Shown here piece after piece: positions 17,848 through 28,132 of a DNA stretch of 64,000 nucleotides (position 1 is its first letter; each line of letters begins with the position of its first letter). The DNA comes from an uncultured Pseudomonadales bacterium (GTDB lineage: Bacteria; Patescibacteriota; Microgenomatia; UBA1400; PJMF01). The notes below the pieces were generated by a model. It was not told where the DNA came from and ran no database searches. It worked only from the letters and a program-made list of their open reading frames with translations. A program made the position numbers and the translations under genes. The DNA is taken from contig CAZBEW010000003.1 in the NCBI GenBank assembly GCA_964491115.1, positions 23,026 to 87,025 on the forward strand, given 5' to 3'.

Positions 17848-19080
17848 TCAGACCTTTGGATCTTGATGCTCTTTAACCAGCAAGGTTAGCAAAACACCAA
17901 CAGCCGCAATCACAAATAGACTTATCCAGGCTTCACCAAAAAAATAGAATAAGAAAAACACTGCAGACCAAAACAGAACCGCAGCGGCACTAGTAATCAT
18001 CTGTCGATAAGTAAAATAGGATAAGCCCTCACGGCCCTTGCCTCTCACCACCCAAACACGATCAAAAAACAACCAGTGAAAACTAGAGGTGATTCGATCA
18101 AAAGTGTTGACCAGCACCACTGACCAAAAACCAGTGATAAAACTTCTAATGATCCAAAAAAAAGATAAAACTCCAGCAGAAACCACAAAAGGTTTACGAC
18201 TCTTGTTCTTATCAATGACATTGCCCACCACATAACTAATAATCATCGCTAATAACAAAGAAGAACTATACAAAAGACCAACCTTCGTGCTGGTGCCTAA
18301 TAATATAAAAATATAGAGTGGCCACAACACCAACATGCCATTGTTAAAATATTGACCAGCAAAAGTCAGACCCAGGCGTCTGAATCCAGGTTCAGACATC
18401 CATGTTGCAAATTCTTGCCAAGAAATTTTGTCTCGAATCTTAACGCCGTCCATTAAAATTGTAAAAATCAAGGCAATAACTATTAAGACCAAACCCAATA
18501 AAAATAAATTACTATAACCTAGACTAGAAATAATCACCCCACCTAAAGCTGGAGAAATCATAGTTACCAGATTAAGTAAAAAATTAACAGTTCCTAAATT
18601 GCTTCCAACTCGACGATGATCGCTATTGCGACTTAAAGAATAATAATAACTACTCCAAAAATAATTAATTTGCACACCCTCAAATAGAACGGCTAATAAA
18701 GCCCAATAGGGATTTTTCTGAGAGAAAAATAAAAGAACTGTAAATACAGCGTACAAAATTTGCCCCATGATAAAAGAGTGCTTAGTACCACGTTTAATCG
18801 TGCGATTGGCTACCCAAATTGAAGAAACAAAACTGGCCAAATAACAAAGGAGATGTAAGATGGCAATGTTAAAAATACCAATTTGTAATGCCGTAAACGG
18901 TGTTTGTCCATTTTTAATTAAGCTCCAATTAATGTTATCCCAGAAGGGAAAATGCAGATTAAAATAATAAATTGGCAAATAAAACATCACCAATTTATTT
19001 ACCAACTCCCTCATGAGACGAATAATATACAGACTCTTTAAATCAGAGTTGTTTTGAAAAGAGAACTTGGGCAGTTTCAT
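17848..19080 (-). CDS. MFS transporter
   Basis: About 12 TM helices; ISPALGG motif; two-halves architecture. Confidence 0.8.
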   Translation of the reverse strand: MKLPKFSFQNNSDLKSLYIIRLMRELVNKLVMFYLPIYYFNLHFPFWDNINWSLIKNGQTPFTALQIGIFNIAILHLLCYLASFVSSIWVANRTIKRGTKHSFIMGQILYAVFTVLLFFSQKNPYWALLAVLFEGVQINYFWSSYYYSLSRNSDHRRVGSNLGTVNFLLNLVTMISPALGGVIISSLGYSNLFLLGLVLIVIALIFTILMDGVKIRDKISWQEFATWMSEPGFRRLGLTFAGQYFNNGMLVLWPLYIFILLGTSTKVGLLYSSSLLLAMIISYVVGNVIDKNKSRKPFVVSAGVLSFFWIIRSFITGFWSVVLVNTFDRITSSFHWLFFDRVWVVRGKGREGLSYFTYRQMITSAAAVLFWSAVFFLFYFFGEAWISLFVIAAVGVLLTLLVKEHQDPKV

Positions 19081-19086
19081 AAATAA

Positions 19087-19635
19087 TTAAGCTTTAGCCC
19101 CCAACACTAGTTCCTGTAAAAGCTCTGTTATGGTTTTATGTAAAATTTGCTGTTCTTCTTTTGACATGGTTTGCAAGACATAGTCGGCTGCCGGCACAGT
19201 TCTCAGACCAGCTCTTGCATCTATTCCCAAGCGTAAATGCCAAAACTCTTTGCTGCCTAAATGCTGATAAATTGATTGTAAGCCATGATGATCTTTTGGA
19301 CCAATGCCTTTCTGAAATTTAAAAGATCCCAGCGCTAAATCTAAATCATCGTGAATAACAATTAAATCTTCAGGCCCAAGCAAAGAGCCTTGCAAATCAA
19401 TTTTTAGATAATCAAAAAAAGCTCTAATGGCTTGACCAGAATTATTCATAAAAGTTTGTGGTTTAATTAAAAAAATATCATCTCTTTTACTTGCTATATC
19501 AGCATTAATTTTCTTTTCATATTTGAAAGTTAAAGCCAGCGCTTCAGCCAAAGCATCAACAAACATAAAGCCAGCGTTGTGTCTTGTGTGTTGATACTGT
19601 TTTCCAGGATTGCCTAAGCCAAGATAAATTTTCAT
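19087..19635 (-). CDS. pth: Peptidyl-tRNA hydrolase
   Basis: GLGNPG..Y..TRHNAGF, KPQTFMNNSG and HDDLDL motifs. Confidence 0.96.
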   Translation of the reverse strand: MKIYLGLGNPGKQYQHTRHNAGFMFVDALAEALALTFKYEKKINADIASKRDDIFLIKPQTFMNNSGQAIRAFFDYLKIDLQGSLLGPEDLIVIHDDLDLALGSFKFQKGIGPKDHHGLQSIYQHLGSKEFWHLRLGIDARAGLRTVPAADYVLQTMSKEEQQILHKTITELLQELVLGAKA

Positions 19636-19690
19636 CAATCTTATTTTAACATTTTATTATCCTTAAAACTTATGCTTTATAATGTAATTC

Positions 19691-20821
19691 ATGAAAAAGA
19701 CGATTGGGATTTTTAGCACTAAACAAGGTCATCAAAGCATTGCCGAAGCAATTAAAGAGAAAATTGAACGAGCAGCTAATGATCGTTATCAGGTAAAAAT
19801 TTTTTACACAAAATTGCTATTAGAACAGCCATACAACTTTTTTTATCGCTTTGCCCCCTCGAGTTTTAAATTTCCCTACAATTTATCCGTCAAAATAGTG
19901 GAAAAAGACGCTGAGCTAAAGAAATTAATTTTTTATCACTTTTTTCAAACAACTTATAGATCTAGTTTGCAGTTTACAAAAAAAAATGAAATTGATTTAG
20001 CAATTAGTTGCTATTTCCCTTTTAGCCCTACTTTAGAAAAAATCCAAAATAAAATGGGTATCCCTTATCTCAACATTATTACCGACCCACGCACCATTCA
20101 CCCTTGGCAAATTTCAACTCAAGCACAAAGTAATTTCTTTTTTGATCAGACTGCTATTGCTAATTTTCACAAGCAGTGCCAAGCAGCTGTTTCTGGCTGG
20201 TTTGTGAGTGATAAATATGAAAAAAACTATGATAAGGAAAAAGTCAAACAAGAGCTAAAAATTAAAGAAGATTTGGTTTTTTTAATTGTTTCTGGTTCAG
20301 ATGGCTCAGAGGCAATTCTGAAAATTTTACCAAGCCTAATTAATTGTCAAAAACCATTAAGAGTTTTTGTGGCCTGCGGAAAAAATCAGGCTCTTTACAA
20401 GAATGTTTTGGGTGTCAAAAAAAGTTTAACTTTATTTGGTCAATCAAAAGCAGTAATTACTCCCCTAGGTTTTACTCAAGATATGCATCTCTATATGCAA
20501 GCAGCAGATTTAATTATTGGCAAAGCAGGACCAAATACCCTATTTGAAAGCGTTGCGACTTTAACTCCTTTCTTTGCTATTACCCACATGGTTCAAGAAG
20601 AGGGCAATTTAGACATTATTAAAGAAAAACACTTGGGTTATGTAGAAGAAAAAGCTGAAATAGCCAACGACAAACTTTTAAAAATCATCAATCGTCCCGA
20701 GCAGCTTAAAGTATTTCAAAAATCTTTAATAGATTTAAAAAAATATAATCAACAGTCGGGAAAAATCTTAATCAGAAAAATTGATCAAATTTTTCAAGAA
20801 CAACAAGCAAAGATAATTTAG
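19691..20821 (+). CDS. MGDG synthase/UgtP-like glycosyltransferase (GT28)
   Basis: GHQSIAEA, IITD..HPW, VACGKN, ADLIIGKAG and QEEGN motifs. Confidence 0.85.
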   Translation: MKKTIGIFSTKQGHQSIAEAIKEKIERAANDRYQVKIFYTKLLLEQPYNFFYRFAPSSFKFPYNLSVKIVEKDAELKKLIFYHFFQTTYRSSLQFTKKNEIDLAISCYFPFSPTLEKIQNKMGIPYLNIITDPRTIHPWQISTQAQSNFFFDQTAIANFHKQCQAAVSGWFVSDKYEKNYDKEKVKQELKIKEDLVFLIVSGSDGSEAILKILPSLINCQKPLRVFVACGKNQALYKNVLGVKKSLTLFGQSKAVITPLGFTQDMHLYMQAADLIIGKAGPNTLFESVATLTPFFAITHMVQEEGNLDIIKEKHLGYVEEKAEIANDKLLKIINRPEQLKVFQKSLIDLKKYNQQSGKILIRKIDQIFQEQQAKII

Positions 20822-20876
20822 GGAAAAAAGAAAAATTAGCTAAAAGAAAAATTATCCAGAAATGCCAAAATTTTGC

Positions 20877-22697
20877 TTATGCCTGCTTGATTTCTTTTAA
20901 TTCTTGCAAAGTGGTGGCTTGTTGCCAATTTTTATCACGACGAATCTTGATTAAACGAGGAAAACGCAGTGCCACTTTGGCCGTATGGCTAGGAGATTGA
21001 GAAATTTCATCAGCCGCTATTTCTAAGACAATATTTGGTTCAAGCCAAACATCAGCTTTTAATTCTTTTTTAAAATCATATTGATGATTAGCTTGATTCT
21101 GCTTGCTTAAATGTTGATCAGCTAATTTTTTAATTTCTTGAAACTGAGCGTCAGTTAAACCGGTGCCTATTTTGGATAAAGTCTTAATTTTGCCACTTTT
21201 TTGATCAAAAACACCAACCAATAAAGCTCCAATCCCAAAATTCTGTCGTTTGCCTTTACCTAAATAATAACCAAGCATGATGCAATCAAGAGTGTCGTTT
21301 AATTTACCCCGTTGACCCTCTGCCTCCTTAATCTTCACCCAGCGCCAACCCTTGCGACCAGCAAGATAAAGCGAATCAGGCTTTTTCATCACTGCCCCCT
21401 CTAAACCAAGAGCTAATTGCTGATGATGATAATCGGTTAACACCTGTGCATCGCTTATTTCTTGGAAAAGGGTTTTTTTTATCACTGGTGAATCAGTAAT
21501 TACTTGCTTTAATATTTTTTTTCGATCCAACAATTTTTCTTCGATTAATGCCTGACCATCAACATAAAGCAGATCAAAAGCATAAAAACAAATCGGCGTT
21601 TCTTGCGCTTTGAGCGCTATTTGATATTTGCGTTTTCTAGAAATAGTTTCTTGAAAAGCGACAAATTTGCCAGAATCAGGATCAAAACCAATGGCTTCAG
21701 TATCAAAAACTGCTGTTTGAGCTGAACATTGAGCTAAGACCAAATCTAATTCTGGAAACATGGCCGACACTTCTTCTAAATTGCGCGTATAAGCCTTGTA
21801 AAAACTACCGTCTGGGAAACCCTTTTTATTAATATGAATTTGAATACGTAAGCCATCATATTTTGGTTCGGCAATGACTCTGCCCATTTTTTCAATAATT
21901 TCTTGACCACTATTCAGTCGCTGACACAAAGCCGGCATTACAGGAATACCTAATTCCATGTGATATAGCTTGCTCAATTCTTCTATCTTGATATTTTCCT
22001 TAAATAAATACAATTGAGCTAATAAACCAAAATCAGCCTTTTTTTGAAAAGCTTCTTCTAGAATTGTTGCTTGACTTTTATCTCCAGTTTTCGCCCAAGA
22101 CAAGGCATCGAGCATCGTCATTGTTGAAAAACCTAAACGCATTTTTCCTAAAATAATTCGTGAAATATATTTGGCTGATAAAGCATTGACCTGCCCCAAT
22201 AAATCAGCCAGTAAATTAATTTTTTTATCTTGAGAGCCTTCACCGCCAACCCTAGCCAGGGCAATTAGTTGCTGATGAACTTGCCCAATGCTTAATTCAT
22301 TTTTCGCCGTCGAAGACGCTGGCAAATCGCCAACCACTTGATAGAACAAGTCGCCTAAATCGCCTAAATCTTTATATCGCTTATTTAATTTATCTATGGT
22401 TAGATCTTGATTAGCATCTTCAAACAAACTTTGCTCGGCAGACAACTGGCTTTGTTCGAGAGGTCCTTCGTGACGAATATAAAAATTCGCTAAAGCACGA
22501 ATCAACATTTTACTTGACAACTGAAATTCTAAACTTTGATAGCTAGCCATCAAACTTCCCTGCAATAAATAGCTCGCGGGAACAATTTCTTCTCGATTTA
22601 ATTCTTGGAATAGTTGAGCTAACAACTCAGTCATCGCTAAACGAGAATTAAGTTTTTCTAAATCAGCTAAATATTGGGCAAAATGATTAAAAAACAT
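20877..22697 (-). CDS. lig: ATP-dependent DNA ligase (full-length, archaeal/eukaryotic-type architecture)
   Basis: N-terminal DNA-binding domain; EPKYDG, FDLL, EGAVMK, WVKIK and LRFPR..IRRDK motifs. Confidence 0.93.
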   Translation of the reverse strand: MFFNHFAQYLADLEKLNSRLAMTELLAQLFQELNREEIVPASYLLQGSLMASYQSLEFQLSSKMLIRALANFYIRHEGPLEQSQLSAEQSLFEDANQDLTIDKLNKRYKDLGDLGDLFYQVVGDLPASSTAKNELSIGQVHQQLIALARVGGEGSQDKKINLLADLLGQVNALSAKYISRIILGKMRLGFSTMTMLDALSWAKTGDKSQATILEEAFQKKADFGLLAQLYLFKENIKIEELSKLYHMELGIPVMPALCQRLNSGQEIIEKMGRVIAEPKYDGLRIQIHINKKGFPDGSFYKAYTRNLEEVSAMFPELDLVLAQCSAQTAVFDTEAIGFDPDSGKFVAFQETISRKRKYQIALKAQETPICFYAFDLLYVDGQALIEEKLLDRKKILKQVITDSPVIKKTLFQEISDAQVLTDYHHQQLALGLEGAVMKKPDSLYLAGRKGWRWVKIKEAEGQRGKLNDTLDCIMLGYYLGKGKRQNFGIGALLVGVFDQKSGKIKTLSKIGTGLTDAQFQEIKKLADQHLSKQNQANHQYDFKKELKADVWLEPNIVLEIAADEISQSPSHTAKVALRFPRLIKIRRDKNWQQATTLQELKEIKQA

Positions 22698-22754
22698 ATA
22701 TTCCTTCAAAGCATATTATGCCAAAATAAGTAGAAAAACCAAGCCAAAACTAAA

Positions 22755-23867
22755 TTAATCAAGACTGTAAGAAACTCCTTTAGTCACACCGTGTTTCTTA
22801 ACTACTCCTTTAACAATTAGGTCTTTGAGATCTCGCAAAATTGTGTCAACAGAGACATTGGGCAACATCTTCTGCGCATCATCAGAAGTCATGCTGCCTT
22901 GATTTTGCAATAATTCTAATAAAATAATCTGCCGCTCAGATAAAGCTACTTGTTGGCCCAACTCGCGTTTCAGTTTCAAATCTTGAGATAATTTGGCGAC
23001 TTTAGCTTTAACTTTATCAATTTCCAAGGCCAAACCATAGGTAAAATATTCTAGCCAATAAGTTAAATCTTGTTTAGGATTTTGTTGAACAGACAGTAAG
23101 GCTTGATAGTAGGCATCAACATCATTGTCAAAATACTCTTCAAGAGAGAAAAAACGCTTAAAATCATAGCCTGCCTCATAAAGGGCTAAGGTTGCAAAAG
23201 CACGGGCTGTTCGACCATTGCCCTCAACGTATGGATGAATATACACCAATTGATAATGGAGGATGGCCGCTCGAAGAATGGGGTGAAGATTTTGACTCTC
23301 CTCACTTTTTACCCAAGAAAACAAGTCATCTAATAAAAAAGGAATTTCAGCTGCCACCGGTGGGCGAAACACCACCTGACCATCTCTGGCCCCACGCACG
23401 ATTACTTGTTTAGTGCGCAATGTAGCAACCTGTTCGTCTTCCAACAACATGTTCATGGTCAAACGATGTAATAAATTCAAAGTTTCAACATTAATTAAAG
23501 AGGATTCTGCCACTTGCTCTGTTTTAAGCAATGGCTGCTGATCAATCCAAGCCAAGACATTACGATAATTAATTACCTCTTGAATATCTCTTTCTCTGGC
23601 AATTAGTCCTGTTTGTTCTAACACGGCCTGCGCATCATTGGTTTTTTCTAAAGATAGCACTTGCCCTGCTTGTTCAGCACTCAGATCATTACCCTCAATT
23701 TTAGTACCATAATGAACACTGCGAACTAGAGCCTCGTCACGAAATTTAGCTTCCCAAGCTGGAACTAATGGCGAATTGTCGATAATAGCTTTTGCTGACT
23801 CAATAGCGGAGATATAAGTTAAAAGATTATTGCTAATTTGGAAATGAGGTTGGTACATTAAAGTCAT
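22755..23867 (-). CDS. Fic-domain protein with C-terminal winged HTH
   Basis: HPYVEGNGRTAR Fic motif; GTKIEGN autoinhibitory-like motif; DTILRDLKDL HTH. The ORF-track start at 24053 overlaps nnrD, so ATG 23867 or 23858 is preferred. Confidence 0.88.
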   Translation of the reverse strand: MTLMYQPHFQISNNLLTYISAIESAKAIIDNSPLVPAWEAKFRDEALVRSVHYGTKIEGNDLSAEQAGQVLSLEKTNDAQAVLEQTGLIARERDIQEVINYRNVLAWIDQQPLLKTEQVAESSLINVETLNLLHRLTMNMLLEDEQVATLRTKQVIVRGARDGQVVFRPPVAAEIPFLLDDLFSWVKSEESQNLHPILRAAILHYQLVYIHPYVEGNGRTARAFATLALYEAGYDFKRFFSLEEYFDNDVDAYYQALLSVQQNPKQDLTYWLEYFTYGLALEIDKVKAKVAKLSQDLKLKRELGQQVALSERQIILLELLQNQGSMTSDDAQKMLPNVSVDTILRDLKDLIVKGVVKKHGVTKGVSYSLD

Positions 23868-24002
23868 ATTTTGGCACAGTTTGATAGCTAAAACAAGAGT
23901 TATTTTTGCAAACCGTGCGATTTTAAGCAAAATAAAAATAGAAAAAATTGACAAGCATTTAAAAAGACAACAACATGCAAAAAAACATAGTAAAATAAAA
24001 AG

Positions 24003-24893
24003 GTGTCTAAAGATCAAGAACAAACAGCGCCAACTCAGCAAATAATTGAACAAAGTTTCCGCGATTTAAAAATTGCTGAAAAAGACTCTCATAAAGGCCA
24101 AAATGGAAAGTTATTAATCATTGGTGGCTCACAGCTTTTTCATGCGGCCAGCAAATGGAGTTTAGATATAGCCAGCAAAATAGTTGATATGGTCTTTTAC
24201 AGCTCAGTGCCCAGCAATAATTGTTTAATCAGCATGTGGCAAAAGGGAGAGCTTGATCAGCAACTCAATCAAGAGGCGAAGAAAAATTTTTGGCAAGGCA
24301 TAGTTATCAGCCGCAATCAGATTAAAAACTACATAGAAGAAGCTGACTGTGTTTTGTTAGGCCCAGGCATGGAAAGAGGAGCTTATACCGCTCGTTTAAG
24401 CAATCGTTTATTAAAAAAATATCCAGAAAAAAAATGGGTGATTGATGCGGGCGCCTTGCAAATGCTTAATCCAAATTTGCTAAACGCCAATTGTGTAATT
24501 ACCCCGCACCAAAGAGAACTTGAAGTTCTGAGAAAAAAAGACCCACGCTTTAGTCCAGAAAACTATCAAGCTTTGCCCATCTGTTTGCTCAAGGGACCAG
24601 AAGATCAAATTTTCTTTGGTCAAGATTTTAAGCAACTTGCTCTACCCAAGTCGATTTTACTCAAAGGCGGTAATGCTGGTATGACCAAAGGAGGAACGGG
24701 AGATGTCTTAGCTGGACTACTGGCGGCCTTGTATTGCAAAAATTCAGCTGTAGTTAGCACTGTGATTGCTAGTTATATCAATAAAAAAACTGGTGATTAT
24801 CTTTTTGACAGTGTTGGTCCACACTTCAATGCCAGCGATTTGGTTAATAATATTCCTAAAATATTGTGGCAAGTTAAGAAAAACATAACTTGA
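24003..24893 (+). CDS. nnrD: ADP-dependent NAD(P)H-hydrate dehydratase
   Basis: SHKGQNGKLLIIGGS, GPGM, IDAGAL, ITPH..E and GGTGDVLAG motifs. Confidence 0.9.
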   Translation: MSKDQEQTAPTQQIIEQSFRDLKIAEKDSHKGQNGKLLIIGGSQLFHAASKWSLDIASKIVDMVFYSSVPSNNCLISMWQKGELDQQLNQEAKKNFWQGIVISRNQIKNYIEEADCVLLGPGMERGAYTARLSNRLLKKYPEKKWVIDAGALQMLNPNLLNANCVITPHQRELEVLRKKDPRFSPENYQALPICLLKGPEDQIFFGQDFKQLALPKSILLKGGNAGMTKGGTGDVLAGLLAALYCKNSAVVSTVIASYINKKTGDYLFDSVGPHFNASDLVNNIPKILWQVKKNIT

Positions 24894-24990
24894 AAAGTTG
24901 ACAAAAAAGATTAGAATATCCAAGTCTGTTTAAGACAAAAGCAAGGTAAAAGTAAATTTTTTAGATTTAATTTAAATAGAACAATCAATT

Positions 24991-25326
24991 ATGCGTAATA
25001 AAGAGCATTTGCCAAAACCAGCTGGTGAAGAAGGCGATTTTTTAACCAATGAGTTAGCAAAAAATAAATTTAGAGATTATTCCCTTGAGGAAATTATAAA
25101 AATCGAGGCTGATCCTGATCATTATTATGACCCTGATTTACAGATGATTAGAGAGTGTCTTGAAGCGCTGAAAATATCAATTGGACTATGCAATACGTTT
25201 ATCGGTGGAGAAATAGTTAAAACTAATAAGGCACACGCTAAATATCTCACGAAGATCTTAAAGCAACATCGCTGGTTTAACGAATTACTAAATGAAAACA
25301 AATCTCGCTTTAATAAGCCTAGATAA
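24991..25326 (+). CDS. Hypothetical protein
   Basis: 111-aa ATG ORF filling the intergenic gap; no recognised motif. Confidence 0.55.
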   Translation: MRNKEHLPKPAGEEGDFLTNELAKNKFRDYSLEEIIKIEADPDHYYDPDLQMIRECLEALKISIGLCNTFIGGEIVKTNKAHAKYLTKILKQHRWFNELLNENKSRFNKPR

Positions 25327-25365
25327 CGAAGCAAATAAACAAAATAAATACATTTTTAAATATTT

Positions 25366-26508
25366 TTAATTTAGTTTGATTAGCTGACAATGTTTAATAG
25401 TTTTTCTTAATTCTTTTGCCAAATCGTCATCAGCCGTCGTCAAAACCACCTGATAGTTTTCCAGAAGACTTAACACCATAGCCTTACTATCTTGATCCAG
25501 TTCAGACATAATATCGTCCAAAAGTAAAATTGGTTGATAATTAATTCGACTATGTAAAAATTGCAGTTCCGCAATTTTTAACCAGAGCACTCCCAAGCGT
25601 TGCTGACCCCTTGATCCATAAGCCAATAAACTCAAATCTTCAATCTTTTTTTTAGGCAAAGAAAATTTAACTAAAAAATCATCTTTGTGCGGACCAATTA
25701 AGCTATGTCCAACAAGAATTTCCTTATTTAAATATTTGTTTAAGCGAGCCTCATTAATTAGAGAAGGCAAATACTCGATATTTAATTCAAAGGGGAAAAT
25801 TACTTCACGAATAAAATCGATAAAATTACTACGTTCTCTTTGTAAAAATTCTCCATGTTTAATCAGATTTAAATTCCAAAAAGACAGAATATTTGCTGCT
25901 TCTTCGCCATCTCGCACTTTTTGCAACAAGAGGTTGCGTCGTTTGAGAATCTGTTCATATTGTTGCAGCGAGCGCTGGTATTCCCAATCCAACATCGATA
26001 AAGTTTGATTTAAAAAAAGGCGGCGGCGGTAGGGGCTGCCCTCAATTAGTCTTAAATCTTCGGGGCGAAAAACCACCACCGACAAATTTTTTAAAAAATC
26101 GGCACGCCGCCGCCGCACATCATTGACACTAAATAAACGATATTGGCTTTTTTTACCAGCCACCACACCTCTGGTTAGCATTATTTCCAATTTTAATTCT
26201 TCTGGAGACTTGGCTTTATTATTTAATACATCTACAGCGCTTAAACTTGGCTTAGAAAGAGAAACAGAATTTTCTGGTGTTTCCACCTCAAACAAAGCTT
26301 GCACTCTACTCAATTCAGATTCTAAACGAATCATTTCTTCAACTCGACCCGCTCGAAAACTGTCGCCGCTTGCTAATAAATTTAATGCCTCAATAATTGA
26401 AGTTTTACCACTCCCATTTTGACCAAGAAAAATCGTCGTCCGAGCAAAATCCCAATGCTGATTGCTAAAATTTCGAAAATTTTGTAATGCTAACTTGCGC
26501 AAAAACAT
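25366..26508 (-). CDS. recF: DNA replication/repair protein RecF
   Basis: NFRN, GQNGSGKT, GPHKDD, GSRGQQR and LLLDDIMSELD motifs. Confidence 0.95.
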   Translation of the reverse strand: MFLRKLALQNFRNFSNQHWDFARTTIFLGQNGSGKTSIIEALNLLASGDSFRAGRVEEMIRLESELSRVQALFEVETPENSVSLSKPSLSAVDVLNNKAKSPEELKLEIMLTRGVVAGKKSQYRLFSVNDVRRRRADFLKNLSVVVFRPEDLRLIEGSPYRRRLFLNQTLSMLDWEYQRSLQQYEQILKRRNLLLQKVRDGEEAANILSFWNLNLIKHGEFLQRERSNFIDFIREVIFPFELNIEYLPSLINEARLNKYLNKEILVGHSLIGPHKDDFLVKFSLPKKKIEDLSLLAYGSRGQQRLGVLWLKIAELQFLHSRINYQPILLLDDIMSELDQDSKAMVLSLLENYQVVLTTADDDLAKELRKTIKHCQLIKLN

Positions 26509-26528
26509 ATTCTTAAAATATTCTACAA

Positions 26529-26837
26529 CTAATTGCGAAAGGCTCGTTTAAAACGCCAATACAAATAAAACAATAATATCTGCCACAATAAAAAGAAAAA
26601 GAAAAAAGACCTATAAATCAATCTAAAAATTAATGAGCCGTCATAAAATAAGCCTAACAACCACCAAGCAAACAAAAGATAAAAAATAATGGCTAAAAAA
26701 GTTGGCAAGAACATTAAAGGAATGAAAACCCGATCTCGAACTAAATTTTGCATGCTTTGATATGGGTGCACAAACAAACCAAAAATAATTTGTCCTAATG
26801 AATAAAAAAATGAGTTAATGACTGAAATTTTATCCAT
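26529..26837 (-). CDS. Small membrane protein
   Basis: Two to three TM segments; overlaps the upstream gene's stop codon. Confidence 0.65.
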   Translation of the reverse strand: MDKISVINSFFYSLGQIIFGLFVHPYQSMQNLVRDRVFIPLMFLPTFLAIIFYLLFAWWLLGLFYDGSLIFRLIYRSFFFFFLLWQILLFYLYWRFKRAFRN

Positions 26838-27039
26838 TGCTTCCTTGATAAAAAAAACATTCCCACAAAACTGAAATAAAAAAAGCCAAAAGCATTAGTA
26901 TTTGCCAGGGATGAGAAGCCACCAGATTAGCCAAAGTGCTCAAGCGATCGGGTACAAATTTTTCTTTTTTGAGAGCACTTATTACTTTTGCTTCAGCTTT
27001 TAATTTTTCTAAAAATTCCCGCTGTTTGTTTTTTAACAT
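26830..27039 (-). CDS. Small single-TM protein (candidate anti-sigma factor)
   Basis: Directly downstream of the ECF sigma; soluble N-terminus and C-terminal TM. Confidence 0.55.
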   Translation of the reverse strand: MLKNKQREFLEKLKAEAKVISALKKEKFVPDRLSTLANLVASHPWQILMLLAFFISVLWECFFYQGSNG

Positions 27040-27051
27040 TTTTACTCTTAA

Positions 27052-27606
27052 TTAAGTATTTTGATCAATATCAGCCCACAATAAGCGAAATTCTTTCCTG
27101 GCTCTAAATAATTCTGATTCAATGGCTTTTTCTGTTCGCCCCCATTCCTTAGCTAATTCTTTAATTTTCTTTTCATCTACATATTTTTTTATTAATAATT
27201 CTCTTGATTGGCTAGTCATTTTCTTTAAAACTAACTTCACCATCTCTGCCGTTTCATGAGCGTCTTTGTATTCATGATCTAATAAAAACTCAGACAAGGG
27301 AATGATTTGAATGAACTTTTTTGCATAACGCTTGCGGTAAAAATCATTGATTTCATGACGCAAAATGCTTTGCATGTAAGTTAGTAGTGAACTATCTCCC
27401 TTAAACAGGGTGATACTGCGCAAACAATTAATAAAAGTTTCTTGAGTAATTTCTTCAGCTATTGATGGGCTGGGTAATTTTTGCAGGGCTAATTTATATA
27501 GCTTTTGATAATAATTTTTAAACCAATATTCAATTGCCAGCTCATGGCCATTTTTGATGGCTTCAACTAAAATTTGCTCGTTTGTAAATCCAACAAAACG
27601 TTTCAT
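27052..27606 (-). CDS. ECF-type RNA polymerase sigma factor
   Basis: AEEITQETF, F.GDSSL.TY, DFYRK (region 2); ELA......AIESELFRAR (region 4). Confidence 0.88.
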   Translation of the reverse strand: MKRFVGFTNEQILVEAIKNGHELAIEYWFKNYYQKLYKLALQKLPSPSIAEEITQETFINCLRSITLFKGDSSLLTYMQSILRHEINDFYRKRYAKKFIQIIPLSEFLLDHEYKDAHETAEMVKLVLKKMTSQSRELLIKKYVDEKKIKELAKEWGRTEKAIESELFRARKEFRLLWADIDQNT

Positions 27607-27656
27607 AATCAAACTACCCTATCATATCAGAAAATTTTATTTTATAATTGTTGTTG

Positions 27657-28103
27657 ATGAAAAAGAAATTAAGGTCCTTCTTTCTAATTTTATTATTTCT
27701 CATCTCACATTTTTTAAGTTTAAAAACTTTAAATGTCAACTTTTTACCTCAAGTTAATGCACAAAGTCAAAGTCCGAGCCCAAGTCCAGGTGACGAAGAA
27801 GTAGAAATTGATTTAGGAAGTTATTTAAAATTAAGTGGTGGCCAAAAAGTCAGTGATGTTTTTCAAAAACCTAGCGATATGCTTAATTTAGTTATAAAAG
27901 TGGTTTTTGTTGTAGTTGGTTTACTTCTTTTTGCAATGGTGGTCATTGCTGGTTTGTCAATGATTGCTTCAGGCACAACTGATAGTAAAGATAAGGCTAA
28001 AGGCACGATGACTTCAGCTTTAATGGGGTTTATCGTTATTTTTGCTGCCTATTGGATTATGCAAATTATTCAAGTTCTAACTGGAACAGATATTGGCTTT
28101 TAA
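27657..28103 (+). CDS. VirB2/TrbC-like pilin 1
   Basis: Signal peptide (..VNAQ); TM-loop(KDKAKGTMT)-TM hairpin. Confidence 0.75.
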   Translation: MKKKLRSFFLILLFLISHFLSLKTLNVNFLPQVNAQSQSPSPSPGDEEVEIDLGSYLKLSGGQKVSDVFQKPSDMLNLVIKVVFVVVGLLLFAMVVIAGLSMIASGTTDSKDKAKGTMTSALMGFIVIFAAYWIMQIIQVLTGTDIGF

Positions 28104-28132
28104 AAAGGAGCTTAGTATAATGAGGGTTTGAA

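Noticed and set aside
23868-24053. Hydrophobic N-terminal extension of the Fic ORF
   Set aside because: It is translated AT-rich promoter DNA overlapping nnrD; the Fic-like sequence starts at MTLMYQP.
24898-24917. TTGACA...TAGAAT sigma70 promoter
   Set aside because: The spacer is only 8 bp, so it is not a valid -35/-10 pair.
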